Assembly: GCA_001872625.1 (NCBI GenBank)
Contig: MNXP01000068.1
Coordinates: forward strand, 3,598 to 67,597
Source: Bacteroidetes bacterium CG2_30_33_31
GTDB lineage: Bacteria > Bacteroidota > Bacteroidia > Bacteroidales > UBA1556
DNA: 64,000 nt
Reading direction: 5' to 3'
Position 1 is the stretch's first letter. Each line of letters opens with the position of its first letter. The notes beneath the pieces were generated by a model. It made no database searches. It saw only the letters and a program-made list of their open reading frames with translations, and was not told the origin of the DNA. Both the position numbers and the translations under genes were made by a program. Shown here one piece after another: positions 30,512 through 40,242 of the stretch.

Positions 30512-32278
30512 TTAATAATTTCCAATTGGACTGCCGACTCTCGTCATAGCACAACGGAAACCAATAAAATCTGTAGATTGGCGCTCATCAAGGAAACGTC
30601 TTGCTCCAGGAGATAACCAAAATTGACTATCTTTCCATGAACCTCCTTTATAGACGCGAGCTTTATCATTTAACATAGAAGTATGTGAATAATCGTACAT
30701 AGAATTAGATCCATCATCTTTTTGCCATGATGCCCAACCATTCATATCATAATTAGAAGCATAATCTCCATCTAAATAGTTTATATTATTTGACTTACGA
30801 TAATTTCTTCTTTCAAGATTTTCTTCAATACTTACGTTTCTTTCACGTAATTCACCAGGTGTAGCTACTATAAAGTCAGAAATTCCTTTCAATAATTCAG
30901 TGGCAATTTCAATAGCATCAGGAGCGCCATCAATAGTAATAAGTGCATCCTCAATCTGTTCTGAAGCTTCTTCAAATTTTCGTTCTGCATTTTTCTTTAT
31001 GGCAGCATCAACGCTCTTGTTAACTTTCGCAAGCAAATCATCTTCACGAGGATCCAATTGTCCACCATTTCTATCAGTTAGATTTTTGATAAACCCATCT
31101 TCAGCATTATTTAACCATTTGTCAATTGCCTCGTAATCATATATTATATAAGTCAATTTATCATCAATAGCTCCGGAGTTATCACGAACAAATGTTTTAT
31201 AAACATTTCCACGGAAAGAATTAAAATCGTCGAAATCTTCAAATGAAAGAGGGCGATAAACATCCATTACCCATTCGGAAACATTTCCAGCCATGTTATA
31301 AAGACCATAATCATTAGGCCAATAAGCATAAACGGGGGCTGTAACTGAGGCTGCATCATTCAAACTACCAGCAACACCCATGTAATCGCCACGACCTCTG
31401 CGGAAATTGGCAACAAAATCACCATAATTTGATGGTGCATCAGTACGAGCAACATGTCCATTCCAAGGATAAAGTCTTCTTTCAACGACACGTTCGTAAA
31501 GAGTGTTACCTATTAAGCCTAAAGCGGCAAATTCCCATTCAGCTTCTGTTGGAAGTCTGTATTTAGGAAGCAAAATTCCATCTTCCATTTTTGGGCGGCG
31601 AGTTTCTCCATTAGGGCTCAAGTCCACCAATTGGCGATTAGTCTCTTCACCAGTATATTTATTAGCAAAATATGCATCAGTATTAAAATGATCATCATTA
31701 GTTTGACCAGTATAATGCTTCAGAATTCCATAATTTATTAGAATATATTCATTTACGCGGTCAGTTCTCCATTTACAATAATCATTTGCTTGTAACCAAT
31801 TTATACCAACAACAGGATAATCACGGTAGGCAGGGTGACGTAAATAATACTCAACCATTGGCTCATTATAAGCCAATTTGCTTCTCCAAACAAGTGTATC
31901 TGGCAATGCTTTTTGAACTATTCTAGGATAGTCGAGATTATATACTCTTGTTAACCAGAATAGATATTCAAGATAATCTATATTTCGCACCTCAGTTTGA
32001 TCCATATAAAATGATGGCACTGTTACACGGCGAGGCTGATTATCCCACTCATAATTAACATCTTGTTCGGTTCTACCCATAGTAAAAGTACCACCTTCAA
32101 TTAGCACTAAACCAGGACCAGTCTCTTGTTCTTCATAAGGAACAACTTCAAAACCACCGTTTTTACGGTCGTTATAATTCCATCCTGTTGTCGTAGATTG
32201 TTCATGTTTGCAGGATGTGAATACAACTATAAGGGCTAATAAAGCCAATTTTCCAAATAAATTTCTGTTTGCTATCAT
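30512..32278 (-). CDS. gldJ: gliding motility lipoprotein GldJ (GldK paralog)
   Basis: Lipobox VFTSC. The SUMF1/FGE-type domain is colinear with GldK (YPVVGINWLQANDY, YRLPTEAEWEFA, YGLYNMAGNVSEW, KGGSWKD) with a helical insertion. Start set at MIANRNLFGK; an alternative ATG is at 32308. Confidence 0.82.
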   Translation of the reverse strand: MIANRNLFGKLALLALIVVFTSCKHEQSTTTGWNYNDRKNGGFEVVPYEEQETGPGLVLIEGGTFTMGRTEQDVNYEWDNQPRRVTVPSFYMDQTEVRNIDYLEYLFWLTRVYNLDYPRIVQKALPDTLVWRSKLAYNEPMVEYYLRHPAYRDYPVVGINWLQANDYCKWRTDRVNEYILINYGILKHYTGQTNDDHFNTDAYFANKYTGEETNRQLVDLSPNGETRRPKMEDGILLPKYRLPTEAEWEFAALGLIGNTLYERVVERRLYPWNGHVARTDAPSNYGDFVANFRRGRGDYMGVAGSLNDAASVTAPVYAYWPNDYGLYNMAGNVSEWVMDVYRPLSFEDFDDFNSFRGNVYKTFVRDNSGAIDDKLTYIIYDYEAIDKWLNNAEDGFIKNLTDRNGGQLDPREDDLLAKVNKSVDAAIKKNAERKFEEASEQIEDALITIDGAPDAIEIATELLKGISDFIVATPGELRERNVSIEENLERRNYRKSNNINYLDGDYASNYDMNGWASWQKDDGSNSMYDYSHTSMLNDKARVYKGGSWKDSQFWLSPGARRFLDERQSTDFIGFRCAMTRVGSPIGNY

Positions 32279-32308
32279 AACATTAATCAATTGATTCAAA
32301 ATATACAA

Positions 32309-33310
32309 CTAAAATGATGGGCAAATTATTTCATGGAGCCGAATTTTTTTGCGTGGAGGATTAAATTTCAATCCCATAGAGATTTCATGAGCTCCTCCAG
32401 AAGCATTCGACAATTTTGAAACTGTTATATCGTAACTATACCCAAATTTAAATTTATCATATTCAAAGCCTACCATAATAATAAGTGCATCATAACCTTG
32501 AAAAAATTGGCGGTACCAAAGCCCTATTATCATCGGTTGCTTTTCGAAATAGAGTCCATAATTCAATTGTTGAAATTTCCCTTGTTGCATAAACAACAGA
32601 TTTGGGGAAATAAAAGGGTCGCTCGGTCTAAAACGACGACGTCCACTTTCGGTAACCGGGATATTAACACCAGCATGTGCAGTCAATTTCATTGGCAGAT
32701 AGCTTTCATTTCCATCTATAAAAGCTTCATTTACAGGCACAAGATGGTGAGCGGCAAAACCCACAAAAAATTTCTTTGAAAATCCAAGTATTCCAGCATC
32801 AAAATCTATGTCATTGGTAGAATATACGCCACCTTTAGGGCTTACCTCTTTAGTAGGACTTGAAAAACCCCAACGCGAGTCAATTTGGTCGCCAAAAGTA
32901 AGGAGACGAAAATCTAAATGCTTCTGGAAAAAGCCAGCTTGAAGACCAGCTTTTAAGAAAAATTCACGAGAAATGGGCACTGTAACTGAATATACTAAAG
33001 AAACTTGCTGGCTTGTTAGCACGCCTTCACCTTGTCTATCGGAACTTAATAGAATTCCTAAACCACCGCTCAGGGCGTCAAAATGCATATCAAAACTTGC
33101 ATTATAAGTAACGTAAGAACCTGGAATTGATGGCCATTGGTTTCTATAATTCATTATCATTCTGGGAGTCATACTGCTTCCTGCAAATGCTGGATTAAGG
33201 TATAATGGGTTTGCATAAAATTGGGAAAAATGAGGATCTTGAGCTTTTATGGCTTGAAATCCAATCAAAAAGAGTACTGTAATAAATAAGTTTCTTGTTT
33301 TAGTTCCCAT
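32309..33310 (-). CDS. PorP/SprF-family T9SS membrane protein (second copy)
   Basis: Signal peptide followed by AQDPHFSQFYANPLYLNPAFAGS and YRNQW. Start set at MGTKTRNLF because a -7 box lies inside the longer ORF. Confidence 0.8.
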   Translation of the reverse strand: MGTKTRNLFITVLFLIGFQAIKAQDPHFSQFYANPLYLNPAFAGSSMTPRMIMNYRNQWPSIPGSYVTYNASFDMHFDALSGGLGILLSSDRQGEGVLTSQQVSLVYSVTVPISREFFLKAGLQAGFFQKHLDFRLLTFGDQIDSRWGFSSPTKEVSPKGGVYSTNDIDFDAGILGFSKKFFVGFAAHHLVPVNEAFIDGNESYLPMKLTAHAGVNIPVTESGRRRFRPSDPFISPNLLFMQQGKFQQLNYGLYFEKQPMIIGLWYRQFFQGYDALIIMVGFEYDKFKFGYSYDITVSKLSNASGGAHEISMGLKFNPPRKKIRLHEIICPSF

Positions 33311-33345
33311 TATAAACAATGATTCGTGTTTAAAGTACAATATTA

Positions 33346-33353
33346 CAAAAATA
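33346..33353 (-). promoter_or_regulatory. candidate -7 box for the porP-like-gldJ pair
   Basis: The minus strand reads tatttttg, 35 nt upstream of the ATG at 33310. Confidence 0.35.
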
Positions 33354-33818
33354 TTTAAAACCACCGCAAAATTTATTCTATCTGAAATTCAGCAGTTAAG
33401 TGCCAATTATACTATTTCCTATGCCATTTGGTTACACTAAAATATTCAATTCTTTCAAATAATCACAGACAAATAAATTATAATATTTGCAAGGTCAATT
33501 ATTTAAGTATCTCAAATTGCAGATTAAATAAAATCAGATTAGTTTGCTTTGACAAAGTAAAAGAAAAAAAGGTTGTTTGATTTGATAATCTTTTGTTATT
33601 ATTTTTTAAATATCTGCTAATTATTTTTTTTGTTTCACATACTTGTAATATTTTGTTCTTTTAAAAAAATATCTACAATTCTATTTTTGTAGAAAAAAGA
33701 CTCAATTATAATCTCTAATTTAAAATTTTAATTTCGAAAAATCTACAATAAAGAAAGCCTAATGAAGTTATTAAACATAACAAATCTTATTAAATTTTAA
33801 AAGTATTCGCAAATAGAC

Positions 33819-36800
33819 ATGTTGAAATTAAAAATTTTATTTTGTACAATAATAACAGCTATTAGCTTGCAGGTTTATTGTCAAGAAAACATAATTATAT
33901 CTAAAGTCATTAATTATCAAGAATATAGTGAAAATATTGCTGGCAATAAAATTGATAAACTGTCTTTCGAAAATACTGTAAATACAGAAAAATATGGAGA
34001 ATTACCGGTTTATCTTTATCAGCAAGTAATAAACAATTCGATAGATTCCGTTTCAATAAATTTATTTAAATCTGAATTTATTCAACCTACCATAGAAATT
34101 CATTCATCATTAATAAATAATTCTCCTCAGATTTCGCAAGATATTTCATTTTCAAGAGGGCAGAAGATTTTAAATATTTACATTATGCCCTTCATAAACA
34201 ATGGCAGCAAAGTTGAAGCATTGTCAAAATTTGAATTAATGGTAACTACATTTTCATCCAATTCTAATAAAAAACGTTTGGGCGGAATACATAATTGGGC
34301 TTCAAATTCTGTACTTGCTACTGGTGATTGGTATAAGGTAAAAATCAGCAAATCTGGTATTTACAAAATTACCGCAACTGATATTTCAGCTATGGGATTT
34401 GATATTAGCAATTTATCTATAAACGATGTTAGGATTTATGGAAATGGCGGTGGAACAATGCCTGAATCAAATAGCGCATTTTATTATGATGATTTAAAGG
34501 AGGATGCTATAAAAATATTTGATATAAATTCAAATGGTAAATTTGATGGTTCCGACTATTTAATTTTTTATGCTCAAGGTCCAAATATTTGGAAATATAA
34601 TAAAAGCACGAACAGTTTTAATCATAATATAAATATTTATGATAACTATTCATATTATTATATAACAATAAGAAATGGCAGTTCTTTGCGCATCAATACT
34701 ATTCCGCAAAACACCTCCACTCCTACTCAATTAGTAACGGATTTTATTGATTTTCAATTTCATGACACTGATTCATTAAATTTAATTAAATCAGGAAAAC
34801 AATGGTTTGGCGAAGAGTATGATATTTTGTTAAATCACAATTTCAGTTTTAATTTTCCAAATATTATTAGCGCTAAACCAGTAACTATAAGAACTCTTTT
34901 TGCTGCACGATCAACATCGCCTTCAATAATGAATGTGGTAACTAATGGATTCACAAGCTCAGTACAAATTCCTTCTGTACCTGGGACATACGATTCTGAT
35001 TATGCTGTCAATGCTTTTAAGGAAATGAACATAAATTCTACATTTCCTAATATATCTATTTTCACTAATTACATAAAAAGCACTTCAGTTTCAGTGGCAT
35101 GGCTCGATTATATTGAAGTGCTTGCTTCTCGCTCTTTAATTATGTCAGGCACTCAAATGTCATTTAGAAATATTGATGCAACTTCATTAGGAAATATTAG
35201 CAAATTCACTTTGCAAAATGCCTCAAGCGATATTCAAATTTGGGATATTACAAATATTACTGAACCTAAAAATATTGAATATACGTTTGCTGCAAATGAT
35301 ATAACTTTTGTTCAATCAACAGATAGCTTGCGAGAATTCATTGCTTTTAACAGCAATTATCTAACAGTAACCAATGTTGGAAAATTAAGCAATCAAAATT
35401 TGCATAGCCAGGAGAATACTGATTTTGTAATTTGCTACAATCCAATCTTTTTTGAACAAGCCAATGAACTTGCAAATTTTCATAGAACACATGATAATAT
35501 GTCTGTAACATTGGTGGAACAGTCAAAGTTATTTAATGAATTTTCGTCGGGGGCTGCAGATATATCTGCCCTTCGCAATTTTATGAAGATGCTCTATGAT
35601 AGAGCCTTAAACAATTCACAAAACCCACCACAGTACTTATTACTCTTTGGTGATGCAAGCTACGACTACAAAGACCGCAAATCTAATAATACTAATTTGA
35701 TATTAACTTATGAATCACCTGCATCATTAAGTCCGTTAAGTTCTTTCTCTTCTGACGATTTCTATGGTCTTTTGGATGATAATGAAGGAGCAAATTGCAA
35801 TGGCAATTTAGATATTGGAATTGGTAGATTCCCAATTAGTAGCGTTGAGGAGGCAAAGGTTATTCTCACCAAAATTAAAAGATATACTGCCACTCATGAA
35901 ATTTCAACTTTATCAGATTGCGACTGTCCCAATGGAATTTCAAATGTTTCAAACCTTGCAGATTGGAGAAATATTGCATGTTTTATTGGCGACGATCAAG
36001 ATAATAACATTCATGTTTCGCAAGCCGATTATCTTGCAAATTATGTAAAATCAAATAATCCAGTATTTAATATTGATAAAATATTTCTTGATGCTTATGT
36101 TCAACAGACCACTCCTGGTGGCCAAAGATATCCAGATGCAATGCGCGATTTAAATTTAAGAATCAAAAAGGGTGCTTTAGTAATTAACTATACTGGCCAT
36201 GGCGGAGAAACTGGTTTAGCTCACGAATCATTGTTAGTGGTAAGCGATATTAATAGCTGGAAAAATGCCTACAATATGCCATTATTTATTACAGCTACAT
36301 GTGAGTTCAGTAGGTATGACGACCCTGCAAGAGCCTCTGCTGGGGAATTAAGTTTTTTACATCCCGATGGTGGTTTTATTGGATTATTAACCACCTCAAG
36401 ATTAACATTCTCTGGTTCAAATTTCACATTGAATAAAGCAATATTTCAGAATATTTTTACACAAACAAATGGAGAATTTCCAGCATTAGGCGATGTTCTT
36501 AGAAACTCTAAAGTTACATCAGGTTCTATAAATAATAATAAAAATTTTGTACTCTTAGGGGATCCTGCTCTCAAACTTGCTTACCCACAATTTCAAGTTA
36601 AAACCCTCGCAATAAATAATATAGCTTTAGAACAATTTAAAGACACATTAGGGGCATTATCAGAGCTTACTATAAGTGGACAAGTAGAAAATAATGGACA
36701 AATTATAAGCAATTTTAATGGGTTTTTATATCCTACAATATTTGATAAATCACAGTCATTAAGTACTTTAGGAAATGATTTGGACAGCAGCCCTTTCCAA

Positions 36801-37673
36801 TTCATGTTACAAAAAAATATTCTTTATAAAGGTAAAATTACTGTAAAAAATGGCCTATTTCACTTTACTTTCATTGTTCCAAAAGACATTAATTATACTA
36901 TTGGAAACGGGAGAATTTCATATTATGCCGAAAATGGCAGCATTGACGCAAGTGGATACAGTGATTCTCTAAAAATCGGTGGTAGTTCTACAAATAAGAT
37001 TATGGATAATGAAGGACCGAGAATATTGCCTTTTATTAATGATAAAAATTTTATTTCTGGAGGTTTATCCGATGAAGATCCTATTTTTTTGGCCTATATT
37101 TTTGATGAAAATGGAATAAATACTACTGGCAATGGAATTGGACATGATATAATTTTAACTTTAGACGATAATTCGGCTGAATCAATTGAACTTAATTCTT
37201 TCTATCAATCTAATATTGATAGTTATAAGGAAGGATCTGTTAAATATCCATTCGCAGGTTTATCAGTTGGACACCACAATCTATCTATAAAAGTTTGGGA
37301 TATCTTGAATAACTCAAGCACTGCTTCTATAGATTTTGTTGTGGCAAGCAGCGACCAATCAATTATTAGTGAAGTATTCAATTATCCCAATCCATTCAAG
37401 GAATATACAAATTTTGTTTTTGAGCATAATCTTCAATGCACCTCCATGGAAGTTGAAATTAAAATTTTTGATGTTGCTGGTAGATTAGTTAGAGTTTTAG
37501 GTGCAAATATTTTAGATCCGGGCTTTAGAATTGCCGATGAAGAGTTGAAATGGAATGGTAAATCTGCAAATGGCAGTGCTTTGGCTAATGGAATTTACAC
37601 ATATCAATTGGTAATAAAAACCAACAATAATCAGTCATCCATTAAATCAGGCAAGTTGGTTTATATAAATTAG
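33819..37673 (+). CDS. porU: type IX secretion system sortase PorU (C25 gingipain-like peptidase)
   Basis: Signal peptide. C25-type His/Cys dyad context (INYTGHGGETGLAHE; LFITATCEFSRYD). LLLFGDASYDYKD. T9SS-type C-terminal beta-sandwich (FNYPNPFKEYTNFVFEH...GKLVYIN). Confidence 0.85.
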   Translation: MLKLKILFCTIITAISLQVYCQENIIISKVINYQEYSENIAGNKIDKLSFENTVNTEKYGELPVYLYQQVINNSIDSVSINLFKSEFIQPTIEIHSSLINNSPQISQDISFSRGQKILNIYIMPFINNGSKVEALSKFELMVTTFSSNSNKKRLGGIHNWASNSVLATGDWYKVKISKSGIYKITATDISAMGFDISNLSINDVRIYGNGGGTMPESNSAFYYDDLKEDAIKIFDINSNGKFDGSDYLIFYAQGPNIWKYNKSTNSFNHNINIYDNYSYYYITIRNGSSLRINTIPQNTSTPTQLVTDFIDFQFHDTDSLNLIKSGKQWFGEEYDILLNHNFSFNFPNIISAKPVTIRTLFAARSTSPSIMNVVTNGFTSSVQIPSVPGTYDSDYAVNAFKEMNINSTFPNISIFTNYIKSTSVSVAWLDYIEVLASRSLIMSGTQMSFRNIDATSLGNISKFTLQNASSDIQIWDITNITEPKNIEYTFAANDITFVQSTDSLREFIAFNSNYLTVTNVGKLSNQNLHSQENTDFVICYNPIFFEQANELANFHRTHDNMSVTLVEQSKLFNEFSSGAADISALRNFMKMLYDRALNNSQNPPQYLLLFGDASYDYKDRKSNNTNLILTYESPASLSPLSSFSSDDFYGLLDDNEGANCNGNLDIGIGRFPISSVEEAKVILTKIKRYTATHEISTLSDCDCPNGISNVSNLADWRNIACFIGDDQDNNIHVSQADYLANYVKSNNPVFNIDKIFLDAYVQQTTPGGQRYPDAMRDLNLRIKKGALVINYTGHGGETGLAHESLLVVSDINSWKNAYNMPLFITATCEFSRYDDPARASAGELSFLHPDGGFIGLLTTSRLTFSGSNFTLNKAIFQNIFTQTNGEFPALGDVLRNSKVTSGSINNNKNFVLLGDPALKLAYPQFQVKTLAINNIALEQFKDTLGALSELTISGQVENNGQIISNFNGFLYPTIFDKSQSLSTLGNDLDSSPFQFMLQKNILYKGKITVKNGLFHFTFIVPKDINYTIGNGRISYYAENGSIDASGYSDSLKIGGSSTNKIMDNEGPRILPFINDKNFISGGLSDEDPIFLAYIFDENGINTTGNGIGHDIILTLDDNSAESIELNSFYQSNIDSYKEGSVKYPFAGLSVGHHNLSIKVWDILNNSSTASIDFVVASSDQSIISEVFNYPNPFKEYTNFVFEHNLQCTSMEVEIKIFDVAGRLVRVLGANILDPGFRIADEELKWNGKSANGSALANGIYTYQLVIKTNNNQSSIKSGKLVYIN

Positions 37674-38374
37674 AATTCGAGATAAAAATCTTGAGTCAAT
37701 TTTTTATAATCATCTGAATATTTTCCATAAGAATCTTGCACCACAATTTCATTTCTGATAATTTTTCCCAAATAATTTAATGAATATTCTACTAAGATTC
37801 TTTTTATTTTACTGTTAAACCTATGCTTAAGGCTTGTAGTTCGACTTAAAAACAAGCCATTTGACATGCAAATTTTGTTCAGTTCTATAAAATTATCTTT
37901 AGAAATTATCATAGAAATCAATCCATCTTCACTCATCAATGATTTAGATTTATGAATCAAATTTTCTAAAGGGAGGAAATCCTGAAATCGTGCAAAAGAT
38001 CTTCCTAACTCTAAAGGTTTTAAATCTCCTTTAAAATATGGAGGATTGCAAATTATTAAGTCGAATTTATTTTCGCAATCCCACTGCAAGATGTTACTAT
38101 TAAAAAATTGAATATGCTTTTCTAAAGGAAAATTACTCAAGTTTTCCACTGCATCGAGGTAAGCTTCTTCATAAACTTCAACAGCAGTAATTTTCAATTT
38201 TGGATATTTCTGAGCCAACATAAAAGCGAGCAAACCACAACCACTACCAATATCCAAGGCACTTTTTGAATTATCAGCATTAGCCCAACAGCCAAGCATG
38301 ATAGAATCCATACCAATTTTCATTGGCGTATTATCATCTATTAAGGAAAATTTTTTAAAACGAAAATTAGACAT
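37670..38374 (-). CDS. tRNA (adenine-N6)-methyltransferase, TrmN6/YfiC-like
   Basis: SAM-binding DIGSGCGLL and catalytic DLIICNPPYF. Confidence 0.8.
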   Translation of the reverse strand: MSNFRFKKFSLIDDNTPMKIGMDSIMLGCWANADNSKSALDIGSGCGLLAFMLAQKYPKLKITAVEVYEEAYLDAVENLSNFPLEKHIQFFNSNILQWDCENKFDLIICNPPYFKGDLKPLELGRSFARFQDFLPLENLIHKSKSLMSEDGLISMIISKDNFIELNKICMSNGLFLSRTTSLKHRFNSKIKRILVEYSLNYLGKIIRNEIVVQDSYGKYSDDYKKLTQDFYLEF

Positions 38375-38380
38375 AAATAT

Positions 38381-38896
38381 TTATAAGTCATCTAAACCTT
38401 CAGGGAAATCGAGTGATAGAATTTTATTTTTATTATCAACATTCAAAATCAAATCATCGGCTAAAGGCAATAAAAACTCCTTTTTTTCATTTCTAACACT
38501 CAATAATATCTGGCTTTTATTATCAAAATAATCGACAACCTCGCCAGCACATCTTTTCTTGTCGTAAATTTTCCAACCAATTAAACCACTTTCTATCAGC
38601 TTATTAACTTCATCGAATATAATATCATTTTTTATTAAATAAAAATCAGAGCCCACCAATTTTGATGCTTCTTCTTCATTTTCAACATTTTTCAACGACA
38701 AAATAAATTTCCAATCATCGCTTTTATTCAATTCATTAATTCTATAAGGCACCTTTTCTCCATGTCTTTTAATAAAAATCCATTCAAGCTTATCACTAAT
38801 TATTTTAGTAGTAAAACCTTCTAATCTGCATATCAACTCACCTTTATAACCATGAGTTTTTGCTACAATTCCTAATAATGTCAATTCATTTTTCAT
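38381..38896 (-). CDS. rimM: 16S rRNA processing protein RimM
   Basis: LTLLGIVAKTHGYKGELI followed by a PRC-barrel C-terminus. Start moved to the ATG at 38896 because the longer ORF runs through the gcvT terminator. Confidence 0.85.
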   Translation of the reverse strand: MKNELTLLGIVAKTHGYKGELICRLEGFTTKIISDKLEWIFIKRHGEKVPYRINELNKSDDWKFILSLKNVENEEEASKLVGSDFYLIKNDIIFDEVNKLIESGLIGWKIYDKKRCAGEVVDYFDNKSQILLSVRNEKKEFLLPLADDLILNVDNKNKILSLDFPEGLDDL

Positions 38897-38916
38897 GATA
38901 AAAAAATTCTTATTAA

Positions 38917-38955
38917 TAAAAAACAGATTTGCCAAAATTAACAAATCTGTTTTAA
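38917..38955 (-). terminator. terminator after gcvT
   Basis: acagatttg/caaatctgt 9-bp stem flanked by A/T runs; the T-run follows on the minus strand. Confidence 0.7.
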
Positions 38956-38974
38956 TAATTATTTGAAGATATAA

Positions 38975-40063
38975 TTAACCTTTGTAAAAAGGCATCTTCA
39001 CTACTTTTGCCTTTAGTAATTTCTCTCTTACTTTAATATAGATTTCTGTGTTGAGTTTTGAAAATTCTGTTGCAATATAAGCTACACCTATTCCTTTATG
39101 AGTCATTGGCGACATAGTGCCAGAGGTAACATGGCCAATCACAAAACCTTGGGCATCACAGACATCGTAACCATGGCGAGGAACTCCCTTATCAACGAGC
39201 TCAAAACCTTTGAGTTGTCTTTTTGTTCCATAATTTTTTAAATTTTCATGGTATTCTCTATTTATAAAGTTATTGTTTTTTACAAATTTGGTAATCCAAC
39301 CTAAGCCAGCTTCAATTGGAGATATTCCATCGTCTAAATCATTTCCATACAGACAGAAACCAGATTCTAATCTTAATGTATCGCGTGCTCCAAGACCAAT
39401 ATTTTTAATATTGTAATCTTTACCAGCTTCAAAAACTGCTTTATAGATTTTATCGGCATCTTCATTTTTCATATATATTTCACATCCACCAGAACCAGTA
39501 TAACCAGTCGTTGAGAACAAAATATCAGCAACTCCAGCAAAATTTATTACTTTAAAAGTGTAATATTCCATATCTGTAATAGTTGTGGCAGTAAGTTTTT
39601 GCATAGCTTCTAATGCTTTTGGACCTTGAACCGCTAATTGTGCAGTATAATCGGAGGCATTGAGAAGTTCTGCGCCAAATTTATTGTTAGAATTTACCCA
39701 ATTCCAATCTTTTTCTATATTAGATGCGTTTACAACCAATAAATATTCTACATCACTAAATTTATAAACAAGAAGATCATCAACTATTCCACCTTCATTA
39801 TTAGGGAAACAAGAATATTGAACTTTACCATTAAAAAGTGTGGCAACATCATTTGAAGTGAGATATTGAACAAGGTCGAAAGCTTTTGGTCCTCTAACCC
39901 AAAACTCGCCCATGTGCGACACGTCAAAAACTCCCACACCTGTTCTTACAGTAATGTGTTCTGCATTAATGCCTTCAAATTGAATAGGCATATTATAACC
40001 TGCAAAAGGAGCCATTTTTGCTCCTAATTCGATATGATACTTTGTAAAAGCTGTATTTTTCAT
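38975..40063 (-). CDS. gcvT: glycine cleavage system aminomethyltransferase GcvT
   Basis: Full-length T-protein similarity ([38 protein letters not shown]). Confidence 0.96.
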   Translation of the reverse strand: MKNTAFTKYHIELGAKMAPFAGYNMPIQFEGINAEHITVRTGVGVFDVSHMGEFWVRGPKAFDLVQYLTSNDVATLFNGKVQYSCFPNNEGGIVDDLLVYKFSDVEYLLVVNASNIEKDWNWVNSNNKFGAELLNASDYTAQLAVQGPKALEAMQKLTATTITDMEYYTFKVINFAGVADILFSTTGYTGSGGCEIYMKNEDADKIYKAVFEAGKDYNIKNIGLGARDTLRLESGFCLYGNDLDDGISPIEAGLGWITKFVKNNNFINREYHENLKNYGTKRQLKGFELVDKGVPRHGYDVCDAQGFVIGHVTSGTMSPMTHKGIGVAYIATEFSKLNTEIYIKVREKLLKAKVVKMPFYKG

Positions 40064-40091
40064 GTTCTAAATTTAAGCGTTATTTAAGATG

Positions 40092-40099
40092 CAAATGTA
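40092..40099 (-). promoter_or_regulatory. candidate -7 box for gcvT
   Basis: The minus strand reads tacatttg, 28 nt upstream of the ATG at 40063. Confidence 0.35.
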
Positions 40100-40204
40100 T
40101 AAATTATTATCCATAAAAGTCGTTTACACAAATATATTTTATCAAGCTATTAATTGATATTTCTACATTAAAATCACAAATGGTATTATGTAAATTTATT
40201 ATTA

Positions 40205-40212
40205 TAATTTTG
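40205..40212 (+). promoter_or_regulatory. candidate -7 box for capD-like gene
   Basis: taattttg, 30 nt upstream of the ATG at 40243 and inside the longer ORF that starts at 40180. Confidence 0.35.
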
Positions 40213-40242
40213 CTTTTTAATTTTTTAAATAATATTAGATTG

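Noticed and set aside
40064-40179. Looked for a glycine riboswitch upstream of gcvT.
   Set aside because: The spacer is A/T-rich and has no conserved G+C-rich riboswitch core. A -7 box 28 nt from the ATG leaves only a ~20-nt leader.
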